From: Eledone cirrhosa | Lineage: Eukaryota | NCBI GenBank assembly: GCA_964016885.1 | Contig: OZ024745.1 | Coordinates: 31,496,001 to 31,560,000, forward strand | Direction of reading: 5' to 3' | Length of the DNA: 64,000 nt | Part shown: positions 1 to 12,768 of the stretch, piece by piece | Numbering within the stretch: position 1 is the first letter of the stretch | Layout of the letters: each line of letters starts with the position of its first letter | Program-made: the position numbers and the translations under genes | Notes under the pieces: model-generated | The model's database searches: none | Seen by the model: the letters and a program-made list of their open reading frames with translations, nothing else | What the model was told of the DNA's origin: nothing

Positions 1-23
1 TTGTTACTCTCGTAACTGACTAT

Positions 24-197
24 TACCATATACACTCAAATATAAGCCAAAAATTCAATTGTAAAATGGGGGAGGGGGTATATACACCATCTAAACAATG
101 GCTGATTAACTGCCTTAGCTTATTAATGGGGTTTGGAGTTTTGCCCATTTCTTAGACATAAAATAGGAGTTCGGGTTATATTTGAATATATACAATA
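24..197. mobile_element. Tc2/pogo-type MITE (degenerate)
   Basis: Imperfect terminal inverted repeats CCATATACACTCAAATATAAGCC ... GGGTTATATTTGAATATATAC with TA flanks. A partial second copy of the right end lies at about 44688-44756. Confidence 0.5.
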
Positions 198-326
198 ATA
201 TTTTTTTTATATTCTGTTATATAAACCACAAGCTATCTATTTTTACTATATCACAAAACTTCAAAATACACTAATTTAGTTTTGTCATCTTAAAATACAA
301 AGATCATTTTCAAAAAATTAACTTAC

Positions 327-387
327 ATTCACTTTCATCTGCAGTTAAATTGTGCCAAAACAGTAAGGTGCCATCAGGTTCAAAAAA
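327..387 (-). CDS. WDR54: WD repeat-containing protein 54-like, coding exon 3 (gene continues beyond window start)
   Basis: TTTCAG acceptor and GTAAGT donor. Encodes FFEPDGTLLFWHNLTADESE in phase 0, continuing exon 2; resembles the WDR54 segment 'MYESNGYTMVYWHAL' as recalled. Confidence 0.8.
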
Positions 388-416
388 CTGAAAAAAAAAA
401 ACTGAAAACGTTTAGA

Positions 417-637
417 ACATTGCTTATACCTTGCAAGCAATATATATTGCTTACACATTGCAAGCAAGATTCTTGCTTACACATTGCAAGCAAGATTCTT
501 TCTCAGACATTGCATGCAATATATATTGCTTACACATTGCAAGCAAGGCACATTTCTCATACATTTCAAGCAATGAACCTTGTTTAGACATTGCAAGCAA
601 TGTGCTTTGCTCAGACATTGCAAGCAATGTGCATTGC
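417..637. repeat. Degenerate tandem repeat of about 27 bp (about 8 units) with palindromic core
   Basis: Repeated ACATTGCAAGCAA-[variable]-TTGCTTAC units in WDR54 intron 2. Confidence 0.8.
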
Positions 638-1160
638 TCTACTAACATAGATAAATTGTTACAAGTTTCATGTTATAGTTGACTGTCTGATATTGTGAGT
701 AATTTGTTTAGCTGTAAATTTCAGCTAACCTGAGTTGATATACATCCCAGATAAATTGTCAATAATTTGTCAGTTTGTGTTGTGACACTGGTACTACACT
801 GTCTATAGTCAAAACATTTAACTCTGATATGGCCCAGTTCACCTAGCTGTATGTACTGTAAATACAAGGTAGGAACAATGACATATATAACTGACAAGTG
901 TTTTATTAGCTTGCAATAATGATTTCAGCACACACACATACACACCTCTGAAAGCATGGCTTGGATATGAATCGGCTCTTCCAAGCTGACTAGTCCTTGC
1001 TATGCTGTTTTATGAAGACAAACATCTTCAGCAGTAACCCAACAACTTAAATAGCTTTGATACTCAACATTCACCAGTGGCAGAAGTTTTATTCCCTAAA
1101 TTCCTAATAAAATCATATTTGCAGGATGGACCTTATAAAAGAAAATCCAAAATAACATAC

Positions 1161-1226
1161 CTGAATTCCTTTTTGTGCAGTAATCACCAAAAGAGTTCTC
1201 TGGATACCTAATGTGACCCATTTTGC
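1161..1226 (-). CDS. WDR54: WDR54-like coding exon 2
   Basis: TTTTCAG|...CAG|GTATGT; 66 nt encoding AKWVTLGIQRTLLVITAQKGIQ, similar to WDR54 'VHWCVLPFRVLLVLTSHRGIQ'. The ORF track reads this exon in the wrong frame. Confidence 0.85.
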
Positions 1227-2552
1227 CTGAAAACCCCACAAAAAAAGAAAATGTGTTATTTTGAATAAGCATTGCATAACAAGCTTTACATGATAAACAC
1301 TCAGTACACTCTAAAAGTGGTTGGTGACAGGAAGAGCAACCAGCCATAGAAAACTTGTCAAACAAAGGGTTGGAAAGACTCTATGAGTATATCAAAGACA
1401 TGACAACTACCCTAGTGCTGGTGTTAAATAAAATGCACTCAGCACACTCTGTAAAATGCACTTAGCCCACATGTAAAGAATGGGATTATATGTCAGATGC
1501 ACCCCAACAAATCTGTCTGAGAAACCAGTGACTCCATCTAAATATTGATGATCTGTGATGACCAGTCAAACCCTTGCTAGCAGGGAAAAATCAACTTTAA
1601 ATGTTGATGTTGCTTTTTATTCTGGCCACTGACATTTTATATAGTAGATTATACCAAATAATATGGCAAGGTATATTTTTCCTACTTCTATGCTCATTCA
1701 TAATGTAATCTATCCCATCACTAAATCTGCAATGAGAGAGCTATACAGCTTCATTATAGTATGAAGAGTAATCATTAAAAATGTGTTCATTGGCAGATAA
1801 ACAGGTTAGCCTCAATGAAATATTTCTAACCAGATTATTTGTTATATTCCTGGAATGGCTTGAGAATTTACTGGTGTAATTTCACTGTCTCATTGGGCTT
1901 TTTGTATAGATAAAACAAGACATTGGATAGGTTTGCATATACTGATATCAAAAGGTTGAGGTCTTTTTAAAAAAGTGATCCCCTCCTTCCTGAACCTATC
2001 TATAGCTTGGAGTCCACACATGCTTATAATCAACATATCATGATCATAAGAGACCAGTAAGGTCTATGACCTTTGCAAAATCACTTCCCTCTTTGTTCCC
2101 ATCAGATATATTTTTATAGAAATAGAATAACCATATTCTTCTGTGTATTGTGCACATTCATGTATAACACCCACCCTTTTTAACCAGAAAAATGTCTGGA
2201 AAAACCTAGTTTTTGGTGTATAACACATAGGACAAACCGGGGAAAATCTGTTGCTGGATGTTCAAGCTAGAGAACATTGATGAATGCAGAGATGTCTATA
2301 CAATGTGTTATTTTTCAATAAAAATATAATTAGCCAGTTGATTCAATTTTTGACAACTGTGACATGTGAACCTAACAGATTAGTGATTTATGTTCACACC
2401 TTGTATAATGATTCCTTTGATCAAAGGTGATAAAAGATGGCTGGAACAGGCCTGAAAAAAAGCTGGAAACAGTTATGGTGTATATTGTGCAACCCCGCAA
2501 ACAAACAAGGAAAAAAAATGAAAAAACTGTGCAGTATACAAGAAGAATACGG

Positions 2553-2721
2553 TAATTGAAAGTTATCACAGTTTTCCTAGCATTAATTATAACATCAACT
2601 TCAAAAAGGTAAAGTTATGGAAGAACAATAGATGTTGATGTAATATTGTTCTTCCATAACCATAACATTTCGAAATTGATGCTACACTTAATGCTTGGAA
2701 GACTGTGATAAATTTCAATTA
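2553..2721. repeat. Imperfect long inverted repeat (hairpin) in WDR54 intron 1
   Basis: Perfect 17-bp inner stem GTTATGGAAGAACAATA (2614-2630) / TATTGTTCTTCCATAAC (2644-2660), plus outer arms TAATTGAAAGTTATCACAGT / ACTGTGATAAATTTCAATTA. Confidence 0.8.
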
Positions 2722-2938
2722 ATTCTATTTGGATATTAAAAATAATAGTTGTTGATATCAGATTGGGAGCATTGCTAAGAGGTATATGTTTGTTTCATGG
2801 ACCTTGGAAAGTCATATAATTGTGTTTCATGAGACTTGTGGAAGGTTCTGCAGGAGTATGGAATCGACAGCTTCTTGTTATCTTGAAGTCCCTATATTTA
2901 TGTAGTATTTTTCAAAGCAAACTCCTTAATCACAGGAC

Positions 2939-3364
2939 CATGACTGCCTATACGCCCTCATACGCATCACATGTCCATACCAATGCAATCTCCTCTCCAG
3001 AACATACCTCTTATGCTTAGTCTCTCTCTTAGTTCATTTATGCTTCGCCTTTCGCACATGTTTCTATTACACATCCATCGGAGCATGCAAGCTTCATTTC
3101 TTTCTAATCCATGCACGTCTTCAGTACACAACGCCCAAGTCTCACTACCATGTAATATCGCCGTCCGTATACATGCATCATACAATCTACCTTTCATTTT
3201 TAGAGAGAAACCCCTTGTGGCCAACAGCAGTATTAGCACTTTCTAACTCTGGCTACTACACTTTCAGAGCACTCCCTTCCACTGCTGATTTTGTCACCCA
3301 GGTAACGGAAGGTGTCTACCATTTCTATAGAACCATCTGGGCAGTTGAAGGAGATATCATCCAG
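2939..3364 (-). mobile_element. RTE-clade LINE fragment (RT C-terminal region)
   Basis: Translation KGRLYDACIRTAILHGSETW...MLRWMC; near-copy of 14100-14510; frameshifted. Confidence 0.85.
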
Positions 3365-3380
3365 TGGGTCCTTATATATA

Positions 3381-3706
3381 TCATCATCATCATCATTTTA
3401 CGTCCACTTTTCCCTGCTTGCAAGGGTGGGACAGGAACTGTTTCTGGCTTGATTACAGCTGGATGCCCTTCCTAACACCAACCTCATTTACAGTGAGTGC
3501 TGGGTGCTTTTTTTCCGTGGCACCTACACGACCACTTTACAGTGGAATGATAGGGACCCCAGTCCTATCATCTTATTTCTACAACTGAGTAAACTGGAGC
3601 AATGTGAAATAAAGTGTCTTGCTCAAGGAAACAACACATCACCCGGTCTGAGAATTGAACTCACAACCTTTCGATTACAAGGCCAATGCTCTAACCACTA
3701 AGCCAT
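3381..3706 (-). mobile_element. tRNA-derived SINE with CORE-like domain and RTE-like (ATG)n tail
   Basis: On the - strand: A box TGGCTTAGTGG, B box GAGTTCAATTC, CORE-like CCTTGAGCAAGACACTT, (ATG)n tail. A near-identical copy lies at 54983-55328. Confidence 0.8.
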
Positions 3707-3964
3707 GTATATATATATGTAAAATATATATATGTATATATATATAAAACATTGTTTCATTTATGAAGTAGTAAAGAAAACTGAAAATACATTTTGCTTT
3801 TTGAAAAGTCAAGAAAATGTAAATGAACTATAAACAATAGTGAAATAAGTTGTGGGCAGATCTGCTTGTGGGTATTGCACTGTGTAAGATCAATGCAAAT
3901 GATGTATAGAAGTGCTGTCAGTAAAATGAGTTTAGTGGGAAACTCAATGTAAATGTAGGTGTTC

Positions 3965-4969
3965 ATCAGGGCTTTGTTATCAGCCCATTCCTGTTTATTA
4001 TAGTTCTCCAGGCCATAACAGAACAGCTTGGGAACTTCTGAATGCTAAAGATCTAGTTCTTATAGCCAAATCTGTAGAAGAGCTTGAGAAGAAATTCCTG
4101 TTGTGGAAATACTACTTGAAATTAAAAGAAATCAGAGTAAACTTAGCAAAGACCAACATTTTAGTAAGTAGGAAAGAAAATAAGACGCTGATACCATTGG
4201 GATAATAAACATGCTTGGTATTTAAAAAAAGTGTCTGTAGGACGTTTATGCAGTGTTATGTAAAATATGAGATGTAAGGCAATAGTAGACAGGCTAATAG
4301 AAAAAGTAAACTTTGTATATAGTAGATACACAGGGATAGGTGATAGTATGGTACCAATTAAATAAAAGGGGAATGTCCTATTGAAATAGTTGATAGCTTC
4401 TGTCATCTAGGCAAAGTAGAGAATCTTAATCTGAAAGCATATTAGCTAGAATAAGAACAGGAGAGGAAAGTTCAAGGAGTTACTGTCACTGTTGAAAATA
4501 ATAGGATTTTCTCTCTAATCGAAAAGTAGGTTGTTTGATACCGTGCGCTGTTGCACGGTGATGCATAGTGAAACATGTGTAGCAAATGCAGAAGGCATGT
4601 GAAAACTGAACAGAAACAAAATGAGCATGATCTACTGAATGTGTAATGCTAGTGGGTATAAACGAAGTTGAGAGAAAAACTGGGCATAAAAAGAATCAAA
4701 TTTAGTGTACAAGAGAGAAGACTGCGCTGGTACAGACAGTAATGCGTATGGATGATGATCGTTGGCAGATGAAGTGTCAAGAAATCTCTGTGGAAGGAAA
4801 CCTTAGTAGAGAAAAACTGGGTATAAGTACTGAGAGCTGATCACAAAATGCTGAACCACACAGAGGAGATGACGAATAAATGCAACGGGTGGAAGTTGTG
4901 TGTTACAGAAGACCCGTCCATCCCATTCAAACATGAAAAAGGAAAAAAAAACAAAATGAACGTAAAATG

Positions 4970-4970
<1 letters not shown>
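3965..4970 (+). mobile_element. Highly decayed RTE LINE fragment
   Basis: Remnants of V.VHQGF.ISPFLFIIVLQAI, GDLSFC-like and RRLRWY motifs with many stops; RTE-like 3' end followed by (AT)n. Confidence 0.7.

Positions 4971-4971
<1 letters not shown>

Positions 4972-5033
<62 letters not shown>
4972..5033. repeat. (AT)n microsatellite
   Basis: Perfect dinucleotide run. Further (GA)n/(AT)n runs at 5771-5810, 6034-6170 and 25878-25906. Confidence 0.95.
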
Positions 5034-5035
<2 letters not shown>

Positions 5036-6121
5036 CTTAAAAGATGTGCCATATATTATCAACAATTACCAGTAGCTTCAAGAATAGTTACAAAGAAATG
5101 GTTACTTCGGTTAATATATGCCAGAGAAAATAAAGTGTAAAATGAAAGAAAAGCTCGTACAGAATAAGAACGCATCTATTTAGCATTATTAACTAATTTG
5201 ATTCAATAATTAGGTAAATTTGAAAATTTTAGATAAATTAATCTCTACAAAAACACCCCCACTCCCACCTAATTCCATCGGAAATAATAATTCGAACATT
5301 ATCCAAAGAAATTTTGGACAGAATGAGCCTACCAAATTAAAGACAGATGACACAGAATGAATGAAGCATATGCAATAGCGGAAGAGTCAAATCGCGAAGT
5401 GAAAAATACAAAAAGAAACAAAGAAAAGAAAGAATGAGAAATCGCTGAGAGTAAAAAAATGTGACTGTAGCCGAAGTATGACTAACAACAGAGCGATTGA
5501 ATAAAACAATGAAAGAACCAAACAAATTAAATTAGCCAAGTATTATTTTTCCTATAAAAATGTCATAGCAATAATAATAGTAAACGAGACAAAATGAAAA
5601 GACAATTTATGGAACCACAGATTTCCATAAATGTCTCGTGATTTAAAATCTGACTGGGAAATAGTAAAGCTTGAAAAATGCAACTAACTAGACAATAACA
5701 TTTTAGGAAACACTTTTTCCCATATAACAAATTTACTAATTTGATCATATAATATTAGTAATCAATATGTGAGAGAGAGAGAGAGAGAGAGAGAGAGTGA
5801 GAGAGAAAGAGAAGAAAGTTTTGATATTATAATGAAATCAAATGTATTCGCTCTTCAACTAAAATAGATATATTTTCTGTGGCATTTATTATAACAGCGA
5901 TTTATAAACAAAGGAATTTTGGTAAAAACTGTGCGAGTGGTTGTGGAGTGCCATAACGGGAACCATAGATCGATATTGTGTTAGATAATTTAAAATAAAT
6001 AATTCTTGATTAGCAATATTCAAAGGCATCCTTTTCTTTCTCTCTCTCTCTCACTATATATATATATAGAGAGAGAGAGATAGAGAGAGCGAGAGAGAGA
6101 GAAAGAGACAGACAGACACAC

Positions 6122-6176
<55 letters not shown>

Positions 6177-6571
6177 AGGTTTCGTTGCATAATGAATATG
6201 TAGTTGGATTAAAATTAACAAGTACCACTCTAAGAACGCAGAATGGTAATTGATTGAGAGTATTTCAGAAGGTACTAAATTCTAAATATACTCTACCATA
6301 TACATTCATTTATCCTGGTCACTAAACAGAAAACATCTTTTGTGAATTTGTAGTAATAGCAATTTTAATTCGACAACGATATACATATAATACACAAATA
6401 ACATGACAGTCCATAATGTTATGCATTTAACACATACAACCAATGCGCGTGCATGCATGCATACATACATACATACACATATATACATGCATATATTCCG
6501 GCATACATACATACATACATGTGCCATTTTCAACTTGCTAATAAATTGTTGCAAAGGGTTGTTTTTTTTAC

Positions 6572-6811
6572 CTGCATGACAGTCTGCATAGAGCTACCTG
6601 GCACCGATGGATCCTTGAAATAAATTTGCTTGCTCGTTACCATGGAGCCATCGAGTGTAGCTGTCACGATGTCAACCAGCGTTTTGTGTACGATTCCATA
6701 ACGAACTGAGCTTTCTGATAAAAGCACTTGCACAGTCAGATTGTTACTAAGTAAAGATGCACTATGTTTTGACTTGAGAGACTTTTCTTTCTTGTACAAT
6801 TCGGTACTCAT
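6572..6811 (-). CDS. WDR54: WDR54-like coding exon 1
   Basis: ATG at 6811; 80 codons MSTELYKKEKSLKSKHSASLLSNNLTV...YGIVH...TVMQ|GTAAAA donor. Resembles the WDR54 N-terminus (SAAALCNNL...FGVVH) as recalled. Confidence 0.85.
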
Positions 6812-7349
6812 GTTGGCAAAAAACGGTTAGAAAAGCTCACAGATCTCTTATGACAACATAGAACATTCCTAACCAACGTCTTCAAACAGCTTCCACTTTT
6901 TAAAAAATATATAGATATAGATAAATTAGACACTGAATGCAACTATCTAGCACTTCAGTAATTTGACACAATCACTGCATTAATTAATATAATTCTGCAA
7001 CTGGGAGTAGCAGTGATAGAATTATACAAAGTTGATAGACATATATCACAGAGCAATTCTGTCATCTGTTGTTGTTGTTAACAGTGCATATGACCGAACT
7101 ACGAGTACACAAGCGACCAATTACTTGCAAAACAAAAATTAAATTATGAGTGTCACGGTTTTTTTTTTTTGGTTTTTTTTAGCACGGACTTTAATTAGCA
7201 AAGATATAGATATTTTAAAATCAGGTTTTGGGATGAACCTTCAATTTCAATGTTTCGCTATGATATGAAATTAAATTACAATAAGACTAAAATGTATTAT
7301 CTTATGAAAGACGTAAGCGGCTAAAATTATAAGAGGATCTGCTTCTAAT
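6812..7349. promoter_or_regulatory. Putative bidirectional promoter / 5' UTR region between WDR54 and FAM204A
   Basis: Only 538 bp separate the divergent ATGs, and the interval has no recognisable transposon. Confidence 0.6.
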
Positions 7350-7388
7350 ATGGAGAAACCTGCTAGCGTTCGCACCGACTTATGGGAG
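7350..7388 (+). CDS. FAM204A: FAM204A coding exon 1
   Basis: ATG GAG AAA...TTA TGG GAG|GTATAC encodes MEKPASVRTDLWE; an in-frame stop lies upstream. Joins KFKKLEKK, giving the family-like 'LWxKF' motif. Confidence 0.7.
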
Positions 7389-9669
7389 GTATACTTAGCA
7401 TTTTCATTCATTCGATAAAAGCTACTTTTTAAATAGATTATCATTTATAAATTTTATTCGAAAAGTAGTAATAGATATGTATATTAATAAATGCTTAAAT
7501 GCATTTTAGTTGACTGGTCATAAGTTTAAATTTATACTGATCACGAACAAAACATTTTAATAACATTGACGCACGTTTTCATTTAATTATTTCTTATAGT
7601 ATCCCGAATAATGGGATATATTTTCACATAATTTATGATAAAATAAATTAAGCTTGAAATGGGAAATATATTAACTATAGAAATATGTCAATCATTTAAA
7701 AACTGCACAAAATTATCCACGTTTTCTCTCGTTTGTTCTTTCTAATTTTTATTGACTTGTTTTTGTAAATCATATTTATATTATTTGTTTATAAACGCTA
7801 AACTTTGTTTAACAGCTAGGTGATATAAATACAATTTATATAATATATATGAATCACAAAATAAATCAATAAAAATATAGAAAAAAAGATGTTATAAGAT
7901 ATAAATATAATTAATAAGATGATTAAATATACTGTAACTAAAGATATTTCAATAAAGAGACAGCTATTTATTATAATTTTATTTAATGTATTTATAGATT
8001 CACAAAATCTATCTGTTCAACGACCCACATTGGCCTTTATGTGAAAATAAAATGGTTATACAAGTGCTAGATTCGATATTGGTAAAGTTTCGCACCTTTT
8101 CAATTATGAGGGTGCCTCTCAGCGGTGGTGGTGATAGTTGTTTAGCTCCAAGTCAACTCTGGTCGAGTAGATCTACGATCAAAGACATTCTAGTCGTGAC
8201 TATCCCGTCTTTTAAGTGTATGTCGAAGACATTCCTTTTTTTTTTTTCTTTTTTATAAAGTGAGTTCACGGCGACTGAATTGAATTGGTTTTAATAGTTT
8301 CAAATAGGGGGGAAAATATATCGTGTTCTGATTTGCCGGATTCATTGCGTATTTACACGTTAAATAAGGTTAAGAAATGTATTTTGCACTTTGTAGATAC
8401 GAAACTAAATTAACACACCATCGTCGTAAGCTTGTTAGATTTACTTTCATTTTCTCCGTACTAATAACGAAGTATTATCCTATGCTAGAATGTAATTTAA
8501 GGAGGATTTAGTTGCTATTTCTAGCAGATCAAGTGACCATATATTTCGCTTCTCTTCGTGGACCTTTTAGAAATAAAAACAATTGTTGCTATCGTCACTC
8601 AAAACTGCCTTATAACAGGAAAGATACATTCAATAATAAATGTAGTCATAGATACACTGCTTGAACAAGAATGTTTGCAGCTGACAGGTTGTTGATCACA
8701 TGTCAGTTCAATCACAGCTAATCTGGAGTTAAATAAATATCAGCCACGATAAAAAAAAGCCCTATGTCCACCATTTTAGGTGATAGTAGTGGCGACACGA
8801 TTACATGCACGTAGTATATGCTGGAAAATGCATTCAACTTTAGAAACCAAGCTAAAAATGGAACCTATGAGTTAAACGTTGCCACCTAGCTGGTCTAGCA
8901 TCAGAATGTGACAACCATCTAACTAATGCGAACGTAGAAAATGGTGATGTTGATGATGATCATTAATTATTCAGATTTTATTTGTTATAAACATCACATT
9001 TTGGGTTAACTATTGTTAAGCCTCACGAAGGCCCTCAATCAGCAGACTTATGATCAATGGCATTCCAGCTGAAACCATTCCATCTTTTTGTATATCAAGA
9101 ACATAGTCTAATCTATTCTTTTTTTAAGATGGTATGGTGTAACTTGAGAAATTTTATTTTAATTGAAATGCAAACCTAGATTCATTTTAAGATATCTTCA
9201 TTAAACTATGATTATGTATTATGAACCCATAGCTCCTGCTGGAGTCATAGGGGTGTTTTAGTGACGCACAATGTCTCTTCGGCATTTAAAACCTGGTGAA
9301 GCCCATCCCTCTCAGATTTGAACACAGCCGATTTCTTTCAAAGAAGAAGAGGAAGCTTGAAAGAGATATAGAGAAAGAATCGACCTCAGTACTAGACCAA
9401 TACTTTTTTTATCGATCTTGAAAGAATGAAAGGCTAAGTTGACTTCGGCAGGATTTGAACTCAGAGTACAGTGAGCCAGAAAAAACACCACAAAGTTCTA
9501 ACAACTCTTCCAAATTTACCACCTCAAACTATGATTATATATGGACCAATTTAGAATAATATGAAAACCTCTTCCCTACTGTATTACAGGTAAAATTGCC
9601 AGCTTAAGGAGTACAAGTGTCCAGTTGAATGTTTTAGTTGTCCTTAGCTGAAGCATATAGACAATATTC

Positions 9670-9952
9670 CCCCACACCCTCCCACTGCAAAGTGGTCGTG
9701 GAGGTGCCACGGCAAAAAAGCACCCAGCCCACACTGTAAAGTAAATGTGTAGGTACCACGGAAAAAAGCACCCAGCACTCACTGTAAATGAGGTTGGTGT
9801 TAGGAAGGGCATCCAGCTGTAGAAATCAAGCCAGAATCAGTTCCTGTATGAGCAAGGCATGGTCAGCCAACCAGATACTGCCCACAACAGGACAACCCAT
9901 CTAACCCATGCTAGCATGGAAGAACGGACGTAAAACGGTGATGATGATGATG
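9670..9952 (+). mobile_element. RTE-tail-related SINE/LINE 3' element with internal sub-repeats of about 43 bp
   Basis: CACCCAGCCCACACTGTAAA sub-repeats, GGTGTTAGGAAGGGCATCCAGCTGTAGAAA core, (ATG)n tail. Related copies at 10620-10855, 15625-15826, 19795-20065, 29503-29733, 57705-57940 and 59050-59270. Confidence 0.75.
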
Positions 9953-11020
9953 TGTCTGTCACTCATTATCATCATGTCTTACTCTTAGATGCATCAGACA
10001 CGACATATTGCATCAGAGTGTTATTATCTATAGCTTCGAAATAAAGGTTCTTAGTTCAAATTCAGTCTGATATTATATACATGTTCAAGAATAAGACCAT
10101 TGGATATCAAAATGATCGGAATAGAAAGTGAATGCAAATATTCTAAAGTTGAAGTTAACCCTTTTAAGACCAAATCAACTGAAACCACCTCTGGTTTTAT
10201 GATACAAAACATTTTGTTTTAAAGTGTTTATATATATATATATATATATTTGTGGGGAGAATGTCAACAAAAAGAAAAAGCAGTCTATATATAAACAGCT
10301 AATTTATCATGATTCATACACATGAAAATTCATTGTGTAACCTAAGATTTCATGGTCTGACAGTCTTACCTATGTGCAAACAATGTTTGTCAGCCATATC
10401 ATCTATTGAACACAGAGCACAGAGAACTGGAACAAATACTGCAAGCCATTCTATCTGACTTTCTAACAACTGTGCCAATTCACCACCTCATATATATAAA
10501 TCATAAAATAATATATATGTATAATTACCTGTCCCAGCCCATGGGTTGTGGTCATGCTGGGGCACTGCCATTATATATATATTTATATATGTATGTATGT
10601 ATATATATGATGGGCACAAGACAAAAAATGCCCAGTCCACACTAAAGTGGTCATGTAGGTGTCATGACAAAAAGCACCCAGTATATACTGTAAATGTGGT
10701 TGGCATTATGAAGGGCATTCAGCCATAGAAACCAAGCCAGAATCAGTTCTGATGAGCAGGACATGGTCATCAGACCTGGCTTATCTCATAAAGGGACAAC
10801 TTGTCTAACCCATCTAGCATGGAAAAATGGACATTAAATAGTGATGATGATGACAATGAATATATATATTATAGTAAAAGTTTGTTAAAATGAAGAACAA
10901 ACATATACTTTACAAAATATAAGTAACTTGATAGTCTTTATTATGAGGCTGTAGTCATTTATTTTGTTTAATGATAATAGAACTAAAAACTTCATAAGTA
11001 ACATAACTTGTCATTTTTAG

Positions 11021-11108
11021 AAATTTAAAAAGCTAGAAAAGAAAACAGATGATTTACTGAATAGACATTCCAAATCGAAATTGAAGACTTTAGAAGAGGA
11101 TAAAATAG
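11021..11108 (+). CDS. FAM204A: FAM204A coding exon 2
   Basis: TTTTTAG|...G|GTAAGT; encodes KFKKLEKKTDDLLNRHSKSKLKTLEEDKI. Confidence 0.8.
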
Positions 11109-11205
11109 GTAAGTAAAGCAATATTTTTCGAATTTGTTCAAAATTTTCAGAATATATTGTTTTGTTTTCAAAATTTCTTTCTTTTTATTTTATATATATA
11201 TGTAG

Positions 11206-11323
11206 ATAATTTAAAAGATGGTAGTGAAAAGCACCAATGTTCTTCAGTTGCTTCTCAGAAAAATAAACATTCTCTTGAAGTAGAACCTTCAGCTGATAGT
11301 GAAGAAATTAAAAAATTTAAACT
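11206..11323 (+). CDS. FAM204A: FAM204A coding exon 3
   Basis: TGTAG|...CT|GTAAGT; open frame, phase 1 to 2, consistent with the flanking exons. Confidence 0.8.
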
Positions 11324-11383
11324 GTAAGTAGTTTAATTCTTCTACATGTTAGGGTTAGATTATGGAATACATGGGCCAAACAC

Positions 11384-11597
11384 TTAACCCTTTCAATACC
11401 TGCCTAAAACCACTTCTGATTGTGCAGTACAAAACTGTTTATTTTAATGCATATATATTTATCTAAAAACCTTCCATTATAACTTTATGTAAGAACCCTT
11501 GTTAAGTTATATTACAAACACCAGTTTAATAATGAGAAAGTTAGTTCCTCCAAATTCTTGATTATTTTCATTGGAAATATAGTAACAAAAAGGTTAA
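11384..11597. mobile_element. TTAA-flanked piggyBac-like MITE (degenerate)
   Basis: TTAACCCTTT...AAAAGGTTAA ends. Related copies at about 10155-10230 (partial) and 36551-36944. Confidence 0.5.
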
Positions 11598-11844
11598 GAT
11601 GGCTAACATTTGTTTGAAGAAAATAGAGCTATTAAAAAATGTTCCTTGTTTGGGATATAGTACAGTACCAAGGATGGAATAAGAACCACTAGTACTTATC
11701 TGACTTCTTCCCTATTTTACTTTGTCAGCTGAGGTTCTCAAAACATTTTACTGTTGTCTGAGAGTAGATATTTTATGTCATATTCTTGTGAAGGAAATCA
11801 TTCACTCATTCAGCTTTATTTTATGTTTCAATTTTCTTTCATAG

Positions 11845-12043
11845 ATCAAACTCCGAGGATGCTAATTGTGAACACGAATGGAACAATCTGAAACAATATC
11901 TTGATGTGAACAGCCATTTAAATTACAATCCTGCTTCCACGTCAGTTCCTAAATCTGGTTTGGAGAAGCAAATTAATGAAGCTATTACAAACGGAGACTT
12001 TGAAATAGCAGAAACTCTTAGTGACAAATTGTCTAGAAGAGAG
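11845..12043 (+). CDS. FAM204A: FAM204A coding exon 4
   Basis: Encodes WNNLKQYLDVNSHL...KSGLEKQINEAITNGDFEIAETLSDKLSRRE, the conserved FAM204A core; AG/GT boundaries. Confidence 0.92.
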
Positions 12044-12457
12044 GTAAATATCTGAAGGCTTTCTTTGATGTTTTAATTCATTGTTGTTTGATCACTGGTA
12101 GAAAAAGTATAAGGTAAGTTGAATGCATGCAGTTCGGACCATAATAAATTTTTAAATAATATTTATTAGAAGACAATAACCCGTGAAAATGATTCCGAAA
12201 GCAATAAGTTGCTTTATATGTATGAATGCAGATTAAAAATTATTATCATTTTACATCCATTTTCTATGCTGGCATGGATTAGATTGATCAAATAACTCTA
12301 TCTTGCTCATACATTTCATATTTTGAATTGGTTTCTATGGCTCAATACCCTTCCTAAGCCCAGCACTTCACAGAGTATACTGGGTGCATTTTATCATAGC
12401 ACCAGCACTACTACTTTACAAACTGTATTGTGTACATTCCTTTTTTTTATTTTGCAG

Positions 12458-12514
12458 TTTGCTGTAAAAATTACAGGTTCTTTTGATGCAAGGGAATACT
12501 TGAAACAGAAAAAG
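12458..12514 (+). CDS. FAM204A: FAM204A coding exon 5
   Basis: TTTGCAG|FAVKITGSFDAREYLKQKK|GTAACC. Confidence 0.9.
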
Positions 12515-12768
12515 GTAACCAAATTCTTCTATTTATTAATTTTCAACTCCTTTTCTTTGTCATTTTTAATATGAGACATTTGTTCAATAACCTATTCTTA
12601 TCAGTTTGGGGTTTTGTGCCTTTGTTCTTATTCCTTGTTGATGGGGTTTCACAGATTGGTTTGCAGTAGCTTAAAACTTTTTATAGAAATATAATATATT
12701 TGAATACCAGTTTCTTATAATAACTATAATTTATTTTATAAATATTTTATTTTTCTGGGTTTTTTTAG

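Noticed and set aside
431-682. ORFs on both strands
   Set aside because: Artefacts of the 27-bp repeat in a WDR54 intron.
1096-1365. 89-aa ORF on the - strand
   Set aside because: Overlaps WDR54 exon 2 in the wrong frame and includes repeat-derived sequence.
3640-3706. tRNA gene (A/B boxes); similar boxes at 12890-12975, 37430-37492 and 55260-55328
   Set aside because: These are SINE heads that continue into SINE bodies; no complete cloverleaf.
12181-12216. Hammerhead-like GAAA-GCAA-TAAG-TTGC-TT
   Set aside because: The CUGANGA box is not intact and there is no stem I; too short to support.
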